A stretch of DNA of 56,952 nt from Candidatus Hadarchaeota archaeon (GCA_964608515.1 CAZSNS010000003.1:11360-68311), one strand, 5' to 3'; counted from the first letter of the stretch, positions 10,433 through 20,610 are shown. The notes: generated by a model not told the origin, from the letters alone. Numbers and translations: made by a program.

Positions 10433-11355
10433 AACGGTTTCTCTTTATTTCCGTCGCCTATTTTTTCTCTTCTTATTTCAACAGTTACTAGGAGGATAAC
10501 TCCAGCAGCTCCGGCTGAAATCGCCCCAATTAGTGTGAAAGGGTCTTGGTATAATTCTGGCACGCTAATCACTTTTTGGAAAGGGAGACGCAAAGCTCCT
10601 ATCATCAAACCTGTTAGGAAGAAAAGAGTGTGAGAATGGTATCTTTCTAAAAGATAGTATAGGAACCTTGAGAATGAAAGTAGACTAATTAGGGCCCCGG
10701 CGAGAAAAGTTCCTACTTCTATCGAATAGGCTCGGATTGAACTTAAAGCATTGAGCATATATTCGTACTGTCCTAGAAATAATACTATGAATGATCCCGA
10801 GATTCCGGGAAGTACCATCGCGCATATTGCTAAAAAACCGGTTATGAATATTGTAAGCAGTGAATGTCCTAATATGTACTCTTCAAGTCCTACGAATAAA
10901 AAGGCGAACAAAAAACCGAAAATTCCGGGGATGAATGTTTTGATGTTTATATTTCCGATTCTTCTGTAAACTATACCTGCTGATATGAGGATTAGACTGA
11001 AAAAGAAGGAATATATCTGAGCGGGGTAGTTGTTTAGTATATATGGTATTACTTTAGCTGCGGCTAGAAATGCTGAGACTATGCCGAGTGCTAGTGGGAT
11101 TAGGAATCTAAAATCGATGTTTAGGAAGTTTTGTTTTGCTTTTTTGCCGTATTCTTTGTCGAAAGGAGTTCTTAGAGCGTATAAAATGAATTTTAGGTCG
11201 ATTGATTTTATTGCGAATATTAATCTCTCGTAAATTCCTTCTATGAGAGCTATCGTGCCGCCGGAAACTCCTGGGACTATATCCGCTAGCCCCATAGATA
11301 CTCCTTTTAGAAAAGTCTTTACCGGGTTATCTTTTTCTTTTGAAGTTTCACTCAT
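10429..11355 (-). CDS. DUF368 family membrane protein (polyprenyl-phosphate translocase-like)
   Basis: Duplicated signature ADIVPGVSGGTIALIEG and MVLPGISGSFIVLFLGQYE. The start at M30 of the listed ORF is preceded by GGTGAGAGG. Confidence 0.85.
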   Translation of the reverse strand: MSETSKEKDNPVKTFLKGVSMGLADIVPGVSGGTIALIEGIYERLIFAIKSIDLKFILYALRTPFDKEYGKKAKQNFLNIDFRFLIPLALGIVSAFLAAAKVIPYILNNYPAQIYSFFFSLILISAGIVYRRIGNINIKTFIPGIFGFLFAFLFVGLEEYILGHSLLTIFITGFLAICAMVLPGISGSFIVLFLGQYEYMLNALSSIRAYSIEVGTFLAGALISLLSFSRFLYYLLERYHSHTLFFLTGLMIGALRLPFQKVISVPELYQDPFTLIGAISAGAAGVILLVTVEIRREKIGDGNKEKPF

Positions 11356-11602
11356 CCTCTCACCTTTCTTAATAACTAGAGATTTATAACTGAATTCTTT
11401 TTCAAAATGCATTTTTATATATTTTGATAACGTAATCCTCAAGCTTATAAGATTCTGAATGCAAAATGATTGTTAAAAGGACAACCCCGCTTATAATGAA
11501 AATCATAAAAGGGAAACGCAAAGGTTTTAAAAACTCTTCCCTTTTTCATAATAATAATTGAATCACATCACATACCCGAAAGAACGTAAAGAGGTTAATG
11601 AA

Positions 11603-12559
11603 ATGGCTGAAACCCAAGAAAAGAGTCGAAGTGAGGAAGGAAAAAAAGTTGAAACCGAAAGAGAATGTACAGAATGCAACAACGAATCAGTAGTGAGAGA
11701 TTATCAAAGAAATATTCTAATTTGTGAAAAATGTGGTTGCGTCCTCAAAGAAGGTATCAAAGACAGAGGACCGGAATGGCGAGCCTTCGACCAAAAACAA
11801 AGAGAGGAACGTAGTAGAGGAGGAGCGCCAATGACGTACACCATCCACGACAAAGGACTATCCACAAAAATAGACTGGCGAAATAGAGATGGTCGAGGAA
11901 AAAATCTCTCCCCCAAGAAAAGATCCCAGATGCAAAGACTAAGAAAATGGCATAAAAGAGCGAGAGTATCAGGTTCCTCAGACCGCAATCTAACTCTTGC
12001 TCTCGGAGAAATGGACCGTATGTCTTCACAACTTGGCTTGCCGAAAAAAGTTAGAGAGATCACATCAAAAATTTACCGGAAAGCAGTTGAGGAAAACCTC
12101 ATCCGGGGCCGTTCGATTGAAGGGGTAGTCTCTGCTACTCTATATGCGGCTTGTCGAAAGACGCAGATTCCTAGAACATTGGAGGAAATAGCTGAAGTGA
12201 GTCATGTAGATAAGAAAGAGATAGGACGGAGCTATCGGTTTATTACTAGGGAGTTGGATATACATCTCCCACCTACGGACCCAGCAAATTATGTGGCTCG
12301 ATTCGGCAGTGAATTGGAAATTTCCGGTGAAGTGAGAATAAAGGCTATAGATATTATTAAAGAAGCTCAGGAGGAAAAACTAACTTCTGGAAAAGGACCA
12401 TCCGGAACTGCTGCGGCTTCGATTTATCTGGCAAGTATTATGTGTGGAGAAAGGAGAACTCAGAGAGAGGTAGCTGAAACTGCTGGAGTTACTGAAGTTA
12501 CGGTAAGGAACAGGTATAAGGAATTGGCAGAAGAATTGGATCTTGATGTTGATACTTAG
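11603..12559 (+). CDS. tfb: Transcription initiation factor IIB
   Basis: Zn ribbon [26 protein letters not shown], the B-reader RGPEWRAF and two cyclin folds. I prefer ATG 11603. Confidence 0.95.
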   Translation: MAETQEKSRSEEGKKVETERECTECNNESVVRDYQRNILICEKCGCVLKEGIKDRGPEWRAFDQKQREERSRGGAPMTYTIHDKGLSTKIDWRNRDGRGKNLSPKKRSQMQRLRKWHKRARVSGSSDRNLTLALGEMDRMSSQLGLPKKVREITSKIYRKAVEENLIRGRSIEGVVSATLYAACRKTQIPRTLEEIAEVSHVDKKEIGRSYRFITRELDIHLPPTDPANYVARFGSELEISGEVRIKAIDIIKEAQEEKLTSGKGPSGTAAASIYLASIMCGERRTQREVAETAGVTEVTVRNRYKELAEELDLDVDT

Positions 12560-12660
12560 TGGTTTCCTTTTTCAAAATTTTTCTTTCCTCTAATTTCTTT
12601 ATTTTTGAATAGTTTTTTCTAGTTGAGGATATCAAGATTTCAAATGGAAAAGGGTTTGAA

Positions 12661-13599
12661 ATGAGTTCAGTTGGTTTGTCGGAAGAATCTAAAGAAAGTT
12701 TGATAGAAGGTGGTTATCGACTGGTTGGTGAGAATGAGCACTCAGCGGTAAAAGTGTGTAGATGGACTAAGAAGAGTTTGTTGGATGAAAATATTTGTTA
12801 TAAGCAAAAATTTTACGAGAATATTCATGGTATTAAAAGTCATCGTTGTTTGCAGATGACTCCTAGCTTACCGTTTTGTGATAATAAGTGTGTTTTTTGC
12901 TGGAGAAATTCGGAAATAAATAAACCTGAATGGGAAGGAGAGATTGATGAACCTTCGGAGATTTTAGATGAAGCTATTGAAGCTCAAAGGAAGTTGTTAA
13001 GTGGGTTTAAAGGAAATCCGGAAGCAAGTAAAGAAAAGTGGAGGGAAGCTCAAAAACCAAACTTGGCAGCGATTTCTTTGGATGGAGAACCTACGATTTA
13101 TTCTGATTTAGATGGATTGATTGGTGAATGTTATCGTCGAGATATTGTACCTTTTTTGGTAACTAATGGTTTACATCCGGAAAAATTGCGAGAGATTAGA
13201 GATCCTGCTCAACTATATGTCTCAACTGTGGCGCCAGATGTAGAAACATACAAAAAAGCTTGTCGACCCTTAATTCCCGACCCTTGGAAAAAATTAAACA
13301 AAACCCTTTCAATCCTGTCTGGACTAGACTGCAAAAAAGTTCTACGGTTAACTCTCGTAAAAAATCTAAATATGAAAAATCCAGAAGGATACTCAAAATT
13401 GATAAAAAAAGCAAATCCAGACTTCGTAGAGCCAAAAGGTTACGTTGCTGTAGGACATTCACGGTCAAGACTAGGAATGGAATACATGCCGACCCACTCA
13501 GAGATAAAAGAATTCTCTAAAAAATTAGAAAAACTCACCAACTATAAAATGACAGACGAATTCGAACCAAGTCGAGTGGTCCTACTAGAAAAAAATTAG
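12661..13599 (+). CDS. taw1: tRNA 4-demethylwyosine synthase (radical SAM, TYW1/Taw1)
   Basis: HSAVKVCRWTKKSL, CYKQKFYENIHGIKSHRCLQMTP and FCDNKCVFCWR. Confidence 0.9.
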   Translation: MSSVGLSEESKESLIEGGYRLVGENEHSAVKVCRWTKKSLLDENICYKQKFYENIHGIKSHRCLQMTPSLPFCDNKCVFCWRNSEINKPEWEGEIDEPSEILDEAIEAQRKLLSGFKGNPEASKEKWREAQKPNLAAISLDGEPTIYSDLDGLIGECYRRDIVPFLVTNGLHPEKLREIRDPAQLYVSTVAPDVETYKKACRPLIPDPWKKLNKTLSILSGLDCKKVLRLTLVKNLNMKNPEGYSKLIKKANPDFVEPKGYVAVGHSRSRLGMEYMPTHSEIKEFSKKLEKLTNYKMTDEFEPSRVVLLEKN

Positions 13600-13603
13600 A
13601 GTT

Positions 13604-14614
13604 TTAGAGAGCTTTTTGTCCAAATTCTTCATTTTCCTTGTTAGATGGCACAATATCGGGCTTTTTCTTCTTATTTTCCTCCTCTTTCGGTGTGTCTGTA
13701 TAATTATTCTCTCCAAGAATGGAAACTGTTATTACTCTCACTAATGGTGGTCCTCCGTCAAGTCCGGAGTGGATTTTTAATCCTCCTATCTTAACTTTTT
13801 CTCCGATATAATCATCTAGGTTGTTTTTTTCGCTTTTTAGAGCATATATAAGCTGATTTTCTTTAGTAATAGCATGTGTTCCGTACGTCCAGGTTGTAGC
13901 TTCTAAATCTTTTAACATACCTGATATGATAATTTTTTTCTCCCCTTGTTTTTTCTTATCCGTTCCCTCAATCCTGTTTTCTATATCTTTAATAATCCCG
14001 TCAATAGTGTTATTTTTGTTAGTAGCGTTTTTGATCTCTTTTGTGACTTGTTTTCGCTCCTTTGCAATGTTCTCTTGAATTTCTGTTATCCTAGTTTGTA
14101 ACGATTCTCTAGCCTTCTCAGATATTTTCCCAAAAGAAGGGGCCTCCCGACCTATATTCTCCAGCACTTTTAGACAACGAGAACTTTGTTCTCTTGCTAA
14201 CATTATGGCTGGTCTAGCTACTTTGGGAGCTTCATTTTCAAGATTTTCTAAAACAGTAGAATGTTTTTTAATTGCTTTCATAGCTCTATTTAGGTCTTGA
14301 TTGTCCTCTGAACGTTTTGCAGCTTCTGCGAAATGATTTTCTGCTTCTGAAAGTATTGAAGAGTATTCTTCTGCTTTTCCTTTCTTGACCATATGTTGGA
14401 ACTCTTCCGTTCTCTCTTGACCTCTCTCTATTTCCCAATTTTGTCCGTCAAACACTGGATTTTTTATACTCTCCCCTGCTCTTTCCAAAGCATATATAGA
14501 ACTATCGGGTTGTGTGTCTATTTGATCAACTGCGACAGGAGTACCTATAGTCCCTCCTGCTACAGCTAAAAAAGCAACTCCAATTGCCATTGTGGCTAAT
14601 CCGGCTTTATTCAT
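13604..14614 (-). CDS. Secreted or anchored alpha-helical repeat protein, family unassigned
   Basis: N-terminal hydrophobic anchor, ALERAGESIK...WEIERGQERTEEFQ, and one RAMKAIKKHSTVLENLENEAPKVARPAIMLA unit. Paralog of 14679..15848. Confidence 0.6.
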   Translation of the reverse strand: MNKAGLATMAIGVAFLAVAGGTIGTPVAVDQIDTQPDSSIYALERAGESIKNPVFDGQNWEIERGQERTEEFQHMVKKGKAEEYSSILSEAENHFAEAAKRSEDNQDLNRAMKAIKKHSTVLENLENEAPKVARPAIMLAREQSSRCLKVLENIGREAPSFGKISEKARESLQTRITEIQENIAKERKQVTKEIKNATNKNNTIDGIIKDIENRIEGTDKKKQGEKKIIISGMLKDLEATTWTYGTHAITKENQLIYALKSEKNNLDDYIGEKVKIGGLKIHSGLDGGPPLVRVITVSILGENNYTDTPKEEENKKKKPDIVPSNKENEEFGQKAL

Positions 14615-14678
14615 GTTTAATATTTCTCCATATCTTTTACCTATTTAAAAAATAAAAAATGAAAGGGATTGCTGGATT

Positions 14679-15848
14679 TTATGGGTGATTCATCGGACCT
14701 CCTTTCTCATCGTTTTCTTCATTTTCACCGGATTCATCTTGGTCTTTTTCCCCTTGGTATTTCTCTACTAGATTTTCGATTTCATTCTTGGCGTCTTCTC
14801 CTATTTCCTTCATTTGTTTTCCGAGTTTTTTCATTTCCTGTCTGTGATTTTCTGCGATTTCACTCATCCTTTCTTTTATTTGATTCTTTACTTTCTTTTG
14901 AATTGTTTCTCCAGGTCCAACTCCGTTTTCTGCAACATTTTCAAGAACTTTCCTTTGTTTGGAGCTTTGCTGTATCGCTAGGCTAATTGCTGGTTTGGCG
15001 ACTTCGGGAACTTTTTCTCTGACATTTTCGAGAACTTGAACGTGTTTTTGAGTAGCTTTAATGGCTCTTGTTAAGCCTTTGTTGTCTTCGACTGTTTCCG
15101 TTGCTGCTCTTATTCTATTATTAGCTTCTTCCGCTATTTGAGCTGCTACTTCACCTTTATTTTCACCAGCCGCTTCCTGAGCTTTTTTACCCAATTTTCT
15201 AGCCGTGCCGAGTTCGATATTTTGAACTACTTGGTTTGATGATGCTCCTTGTTCCAAGTTTTCTCTAACTTGATCTCTCATTTTTTTCGCTTCTTTTTCG
15301 ATTTCTCTCATTCTATTTCTGATTTTTTCTCTGGTTTCTTCTCTCAATCTCTCATTATTATCTCCTGTTGCCATACTTGCGACAGTTGCTTGACCCTGCG
15401 CACTTCTGGAGATTGCTAAAGAGATTGCTGGTTTTGCTTGTTCGGGGACTTTTTCCTTCACGTTCTCTAATACAGAAATATGTTTTCGCATTGCGTTTTC
15501 TGCTCTTCTTAATTCTCTGTTCGTTTTTGCTTTCTGAGTTGCTTTTTGTAGTCTCTCGTTAGCTTCCTCCGTCAATCCTTTATACTTGCTGCCTTTGTTT
15601 TCCTTAGCCATTTTCTTGAATTCTTGGGTTCTTTCCTCTGCTCGTTCCAGTTGCCATTCTTGTCCTCCGGCATAGGTCGCTTCTTTGATTCTTTCCCCTG
15701 CTTTTTCTAGTCCATAAAGTGCGCTATCTGGTTGTTGATCGGCGAAGGAATCGACCGCCATTGGTGTTCCTACGGATGCTCCTGCCATAACTGCCACTGC
15801 TGCTGCAACGGCTACTCCTGCAACACCTTTTTGAGTTAAATTAAGCAT
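14679..15848 (-). CDS. Secreted or anchored alpha-helical repeat protein, paralog with an internal duplication
   Basis: GLEKAGERIK...WQLERAEERTQEFK plus two units: RAENAMRKHISVLENVKEKVPEQAKPAISLA and RAIKATQKHVQVLENVREKVPEVAKPAISLA. Confidence 0.6.
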   Translation of the reverse strand: MLNLTQKGVAGVAVAAAVAVMAGASVGTPMAVDSFADQQPDSALYGLEKAGERIKEATYAGGQEWQLERAEERTQEFKKMAKENKGSKYKGLTEEANERLQKATQKAKTNRELRRAENAMRKHISVLENVKEKVPEQAKPAISLAISRSAQGQATVASMATGDNNERLREETREKIRNRMREIEKEAKKMRDQVRENLEQGASSNQVVQNIELGTARKLGKKAQEAAGENKGEVAAQIAEEANNRIRAATETVEDNKGLTRAIKATQKHVQVLENVREKVPEVAKPAISLAIQQSSKQRKVLENVAENGVGPGETIQKKVKNQIKERMSEIAENHRQEMKKLGKQMKEIGEDAKNEIENLVEKYQGEKDQDESGENEENDEKGGPMNHP

Positions 15849-16183
15849 TTTTTTTCACCTCCCTCTTTTTCATTTTTTAATGAGTTTGAAGTGTTTTTTC
15901 TCATTATTATTTCTCTCAGTTCGTGGAGTCTTTCGGATAATTTTTTTTCTTCTCTCATTTTTCCACCTGCTTTCACCTGATGTCGTGTTGAGGACTTTAT
16001 TTAAAGAATCTCTAACGACCGTTTTTTTTGCTCATCCCCAGATAATTTTCCATGATGTTTTTCTTTTTATTGCTCTAAAACCGTTCAAAACCGTTCATAA
16101 ACTTTCATAAAGTTCTCTATGAACGATTAAGCTGTTTTTAGAAAAGAAACGTATTTACACGGTTTAGACCCTAATAATAAACA

Positions 16184-16612
16184 ATGGAATTTAGAGATTT
16201 GATAAATTTCGTGATACTGGTCGTTGTTCTTCAGGGAGGTTTAGGTATACTTCTCTTTATTTTAATTGGAGGAGAACCATCGGTCGACTTCAGATCCATT
16301 GGTATAAGTGTAGGATTACTGGTTGCGATTTCCTCTACTATTGGAATCGTTTTATATTGGCTTATCAGTCGTTATATGAAAGAGAGGGCTATCCGAACAG
16401 CTATGATGGCCATGAGTGAAGACGAAGAAAAAGTTCTAAGAATTATCATGGAGCAAGGGGAAGCGAGACAAGATAAATTGAGGAGAAAATTAGATTTCTC
16501 AAAATCTAAACTAAGTGCTCTTTTAAATAACCTTGAAGAAAAGAACGCTATAAAAAAGGAACGATACAAAAGAACCAATAAAATAAGACCTACAGAAGAG
16601 TTTCAACGTTAA
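16184..16612 (+). CDS. Membrane-anchored winged-helix (MarR-like) protein
   Basis: Two N-terminal TM helices, then EDEEKVLRIIMEQGEARQDKLRRKLDFSKSKLSALLNNLEEKNAIKKE. Confidence 0.55.
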   Translation: MEFRDLINFVILVVVLQGGLGILLFILIGGEPSVDFRSIGISVGLLVAISSTIGIVLYWLISRYMKERAIRTAMMAMSEDEEKVLRIIMEQGEARQDKLRRKLDFSKSKLSALLNNLEEKNAIKKERYKRTNKIRPTEEFQR

Positions 16613-16677
16613 ATTCTCGTAAGATAGTTTTACCTGTCACTTAAGAGGCGTAATGGATTATATTTTTGGTGAGAATT

Positions 16678-17304
16678 ATGCAAGAAAAAGTAGATAAAAT
16701 ACTAGAATATTTAGACAGTCAGGAGGAGATTCGAGAAAAATTACTCGATATCGCTCATGATGCTATTCGAAAATCTTCAAGTGCGATGGCAGCTTTTCAT
16801 AGAGGAAGTGAGGAAGAATACGAAAGTAAAATTAATGAGATTAAAAAGGATATCAAAAATCTAAATAAGATTACGGAATCAGACCCTCATTTTTTAGGTC
16901 ATGGTTCATTAATAGCCGCTCATCGAGAATTTTCGGAAGCTGTTCTCACAAAGGCTTTGATTACTGGGAAAGAATTACCTGATCCTGATGAGTTAAATGT
17001 TCTCTATAGGGGTTACTCTCAAGCTTTAGCTGAAACTATTGGAGAATTAAGACGTCATATTTTGAATTTGCTTCGTGAGGACGAGTTAGAAAAAGCTCGT
17101 GAGGTTCATGATAGAATGGAGAGGGTTTTCGATCAAATACAACAGTTTGATTATCCTGATTCTATCCTGTCTGGCATGAAACATAGGCGTGACGGAGCTA
17201 GAAAAAATCTTGAGAAAACAAGAGCTGATATTACCAGAGCTATTAGGGAAAGGAAACTGGAAGAAGCTTTGAAAAGTGCTGAGGAAAAGGTGGAAGAAGA
17301 ATGA
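16678..17304 (+). CDS. Translin-family protein
   Basis: All-helical ~208 aa with EIREKLLDIAHDAIRKS, EFSEAVL, YSQALAETIGELRRHILN and MERVFDQIQQFDYPD. Its stop overlaps the sepS start (ATGA). Confidence 0.65.
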   Translation: MQEKVDKILEYLDSQEEIREKLLDIAHDAIRKSSSAMAAFHRGSEEEYESKINEIKKDIKNLNKITESDPHFLGHGSLIAAHREFSEAVLTKALITGKELPDPDELNVLYRGYSQALAETIGELRRHILNLLREDELEKAREVHDRMERVFDQIQQFDYPDSILSGMKHRRDGARKNLEKTRADITRAIRERKLEEALKSAEEKVEEE

Positions 17305-18881
17305 AATTTGACATCGATGAGCTAAAGGAAAAGGGGGAAAAGGATTACGAAAAGGCATGGCTTGAATCTGGTGATTTGATAAAAAAGGAAGGTAGACATT
17401 TCTCTTTAGAAGGAAAAGGTTCAACTCATGCCTTATTTGATTTGATTCAAGAGTTTAGACGAACTTTGAAGGATGTTGGGTTAAAGGAAGTAGTGGTTCC
17501 TACGCTTATAGAAAGGGAAGAGATTGAGAAACAATATGGACCTGAAGCGCCGGTAATTTTGGATCGGGTTTTTTTCTTAGCAGGATTAGACCGGTCTGAT
17601 TTGGGTATAAGTGAGGAAAATTTAGAAAAAATTAGAGAGAAAGTTCCAGAATTCGATGATTTGGATGAACTTGAAAAAATTTTGCGTGAATTTAAAAAAG
17701 GACAGGTCGATTCTGATGATTTAACTGAAGAATTAGTGGAAAGACTTGGTTTGAAAGAGGACCAAGCTTCCCACATTTTATCTTTGTTTGAAAGTTTCAA
17801 AAAACTCGAACCTATTCCTTCAGATATGACTCTTAGGTCACATACTACTGCGGGTTGGTTTATGGTGCTGCAAGACATGATGGATCGAGAATCTCTTCCA
17901 ATCCAACTGTTCACTGTAGGTCCAAAGTATAGAAGAGAGCAGGAACTTGACGAGACGCATTTATACCGTTCATGGACTGCATCTTTAGTGATTATGACTG
18001 AAGAGATGAGTTTGGAAGATGGAGAAAGAATTTCTAGAGAGATTTTGAAGAATATAGGTTTTGATGAGGTGGAGTGTGAGATTAAGAGTGCTACTTCGAA
18101 ATATTATGCTCCCGATTCGGAGTTCGAGATTTTTGTTAAACACCCAGAAACAGGCGAGAGAATCGAGGTAGGCAACGCAGGATTTTACAGCCCAGTATCA
18201 TTGGCTAACTATGAAATCCCGTACCCGGTGTTTAATTTAGGGATCGGCCTTGAAAGAATCTTGATGCTCAGGCAAGGCGAAGAAGACATAAGGTCGATAG
18301 TTTTCCCTTATAAGTACGGAGAGTTGGATTTTTCTGACGACGAGATTTCCCAAATGATTAAAATAAAAAACAAACCTCGATCGGAAAAAGGACGGAAAAT
18401 AGCGAAACTGATAGAGAAAAAGGCCAAACAACACAAAGATGAACCTAGCCCTTGCGAGTTTGAAGTATATAAAGGAAATTTGGAAGGCAGAAAAACTACC
18501 GTGAAACTCATTGAGGAGGAAGAAAACACCCAATTAATAGGTCCTGCTGCTTTTAATGGGGTTTATGTGAATGAGGGAAATATTGTAGGGGTTCCTCCTG
18601 AAGGGTGGGAAGATAATGATTTTTTACAGAAAGCAAGGGAAAATGGTGTCGATACGGGAATTACCTATATTGGAGCGTTTTCGAAACTAGCTGCCAGCGA
18701 AATTGAAGAGGCGGCTGATAAGGGGAGTGAGAGAAAAGAAGTAAGGGTTCCAATTGTGGAATCCCTTAACGATATTAATTTAGGTTTGGAGAAACCAGCC
18801 CATCGCTATGTCACAAACAATAACAAGAAAATAGACATAAGAGGACCGGTCTTCACTACTGTTGTAGCCGAATTCGAATAG
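17301..18881 (+). CDS. sepS: O-phosphoserine--tRNA(Cys) ligase (SepRS)
   Basis: 526 aa. Class II core motifs: LRSHTTAGWF, FTVGPKYRREQ and NLGIGLERILM. Confidence 0.9.
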   Translation: MKFDIDELKEKGEKDYEKAWLESGDLIKKEGRHFSLEGKGSTHALFDLIQEFRRTLKDVGLKEVVVPTLIEREEIEKQYGPEAPVILDRVFFLAGLDRSDLGISEENLEKIREKVPEFDDLDELEKILREFKKGQVDSDDLTEELVERLGLKEDQASHILSLFESFKKLEPIPSDMTLRSHTTAGWFMVLQDMMDRESLPIQLFTVGPKYRREQELDETHLYRSWTASLVIMTEEMSLEDGERISREILKNIGFDEVECEIKSATSKYYAPDSEFEIFVKHPETGERIEVGNAGFYSPVSLANYEIPYPVFNLGIGLERILMLRQGEEDIRSIVFPYKYGELDFSDDEISQMIKIKNKPRSEKGRKIAKLIEKKAKQHKDEPSPCEFEVYKGNLEGRKTTVKLIEEEENTQLIGPAAFNGVYVNEGNIVGVPPEGWEDNDFLQKARENGVDTGITYIGAFSKLAASEIEEAADKGSERKEVRVPIVESLNDINLGLEKPAHRYVTNNNKKIDIRGPVFTTVVAEFE

Positions 18882-18887
18882 TTGGTA

Positions 18888-20324
18888 TTAGGAACTTGCT
18901 TTGACTGAAATAATTTTTGGAGTAGTTTTTTGGTCTTGAGTTTGCATTGAAATTTTTAGTCTTGCGTATTCTCCAGATAAAGCGGGTATTTTGTAGCTAT
19001 TAGTTCCATCTTCCAACTGTATTTTTTTACTGTTTTGCACGCTTTGCCCGTTATTGCTAACTTGAAAAGTAAGACTGGCGCTCGTATTGCTTTCCAATAT
19101 CGTTTCAACAATTAAATTGTCCCAGGAAACATTTTTTTCAAAATTTTGCCACTTTGAAGTATAAGTTCCAGAATTGCTCTTAAGCTTTTGAGATCTGATT
19201 GCGTCTACTGCTAGGGTGGGTGCTAGCCAGTTAATAGGTTGATTCTGGATGTCAGAAATATTTTTTATTGAGATTGTGAAGGGAGTATTATTTCCATAAT
19301 TTGAAACATCTATTTCGTATCCTATATTTTTAAAATCTTTATTCTTCTTTCTGAACTTTGTGTCCCCGTTGATCTGTATTTCTTGTGCCATAAATTCTTC
19401 TGTAAACTCTTTTTTCCCAAAAATATCTACAATAAGTGTGTTTACACCTGAAAGATTCAAAGTTTTTTCCGCTGAGATTTCGGTCTTTAACAAGACTTGT
19501 TCCTTCACTACCTTTCCGATTGCTACAGAACCAGTACCTTGAGTATACCATCTAGGCCAATTTTCTGCTGTATATTTGTTCTCATCTGGGGTGAAAACCC
19601 ATCCTTGTTCACAATCTTCCATGAAATCTGGAGCTAACTGTATTCCCCTCCCAGCTAAAACGGTATTATTAAAATTACCAGACGTCCAATCACCTGCTTC
19701 CGAGACATTTAAAGTAGCATTTCCGGAAGGAGATGCTTGGAAAATAAATATGGCCATTGCTATTCCGAAAACGACAGTTGTTGCGGTTACTATTTTAACT
19801 GATCTTCTCATTCCCTCTTGTTCCGGTTTTTCGGCTTCAGTTTCAGTTTTGGGGATTGTGGTGGTTTTCTTTTGTTCTGTTTTAGGTTCTTCTCTTTCTT
19901 CTTTTCGGATTTTTTCTTGCCGTCTAACATCGTAAGGTTCGTAGATGGTTGCGTAATCGCTCGATCTTAATAGTTTTCTTGTTTCCCAACCGAGTTCTTC
20001 CTTTAATATATCGTTTGGAACTGCAACTGCTAATGAGTTTCCTACTTCCACGATTTTTCTCTCAATTATAGAATAGTACTTTTCCATCACTTTTCTCCAA
20101 ATACTAGTAGCAGGGGTTATGACGAGCTTGTCATTTTCGTCGACGAAAAGTAAAACTTTTGAACCGGATTCTAAACCCCATTGTCGGCACCAATCGGGCC
20201 TCAAAGTAACGCATTTTCGTCCGCCTGTTTTGAGTAGTTTTCTGCTGCTTCCTCTTTCCGGGCTGGCGGGCTCCTTCATCTGTTTTTCGATTTTTTCTTT
20301 GAATTTTGATGGTAGTTTTACCAT
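18888..20324 (-). CDS. Membrane-spanning protein: cytoplasmic AbrB/SpoVT-like domain(s), one TM helix, extracellular region ending in the shared ~95-aa module
   Basis: RKCVTLRPDWCRQWGLESGSKVLLFVDENDKLVITP and KIVEVGNSLAVAVPNDILKEELGW are AbrB-like swapped hairpins. TM helix is VKIVTATTVVFGIAMAIFIFQA. The C-terminus SGTYTSKWQNFEKNVSWDNL...LEDGTNSYKIPALSGEYARLKI matches modules in the giant ORF. Confidence 0.6.
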   Translation of the reverse strand: MVKLPSKFKEKIEKQMKEPASPERGSSRKLLKTGGRKCVTLRPDWCRQWGLESGSKVLLFVDENDKLVITPATSIWRKVMEKYYSIIERKIVEVGNSLAVAVPNDILKEELGWETRKLLRSSDYATIYEPYDVRRQEKIRKEEREEPKTEQKKTTTIPKTETEAEKPEQEGMRRSVKIVTATTVVFGIAMAIFIFQASPSGNATLNVSEAGDWTSGNFNNTVLAGRGIQLAPDFMEDCEQGWVFTPDENKYTAENWPRWYTQGTGSVAIGKVVKEQVLLKTEISAEKTLNLSGVNTLIVDIFGKKEFTEEFMAQEIQINGDTKFRKKNKDFKNIGYEIDVSNYGNNTPFTISIKNISDIQNQPINWLAPTLAVDAIRSQKLKSNSGTYTSKWQNFEKNVSWDNLIVETILESNTSASLTFQVSNNGQSVQNSKKIQLEDGTNSYKIPALSGEYARLKISMQTQDQKTTPKIISVKASS

Positions 20325-20610
20325 ACCGGGTTTACATCTCCATTTAGATTTTTGACGACTTTAATCGGTTAAACTTATACATTTCCATAGAGATATATTC
20401 TGGTAATTTCCTTTAATCCCTCATTTTATTATTATCAGCTTCAAAATTAGGCGTGATAATTTCGTATTTTTAAGCGTGTTATTTTATTATCTTTTTTATT
20501 AGCAAGTATAAATCGGAGTATTTTACGCTTTTCTGGGAAGAACCTAAAAGAAAGAAAACAACTTATTAAGGGTATAGTTGTCACCCATAGGTCTAAATAA
20601 GGTATTAAAG

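Noticed and set aside
11704-12063. Two overlapping minus-strand ORFs inside tfb. Similar antisense or off-frame ORFs lie in taw1 (13196..13468, 13260..13520), sepS (17447..17914, 18237..18533) and GH31 (20954.., 21581.., 22059..).
   Set aside because: Each lies within a strongly conserved housekeeping gene, has no motif, and has shadow-ORF composition.
15880-16110. A 76-aa + ORF between the helical-repeat gene and the wHTH gene.
   Set aside because: It is a Phe/Leu/Ser-rich translation of a T-rich promoter-like spacer with no motif. Confidence in rejecting it is moderate.
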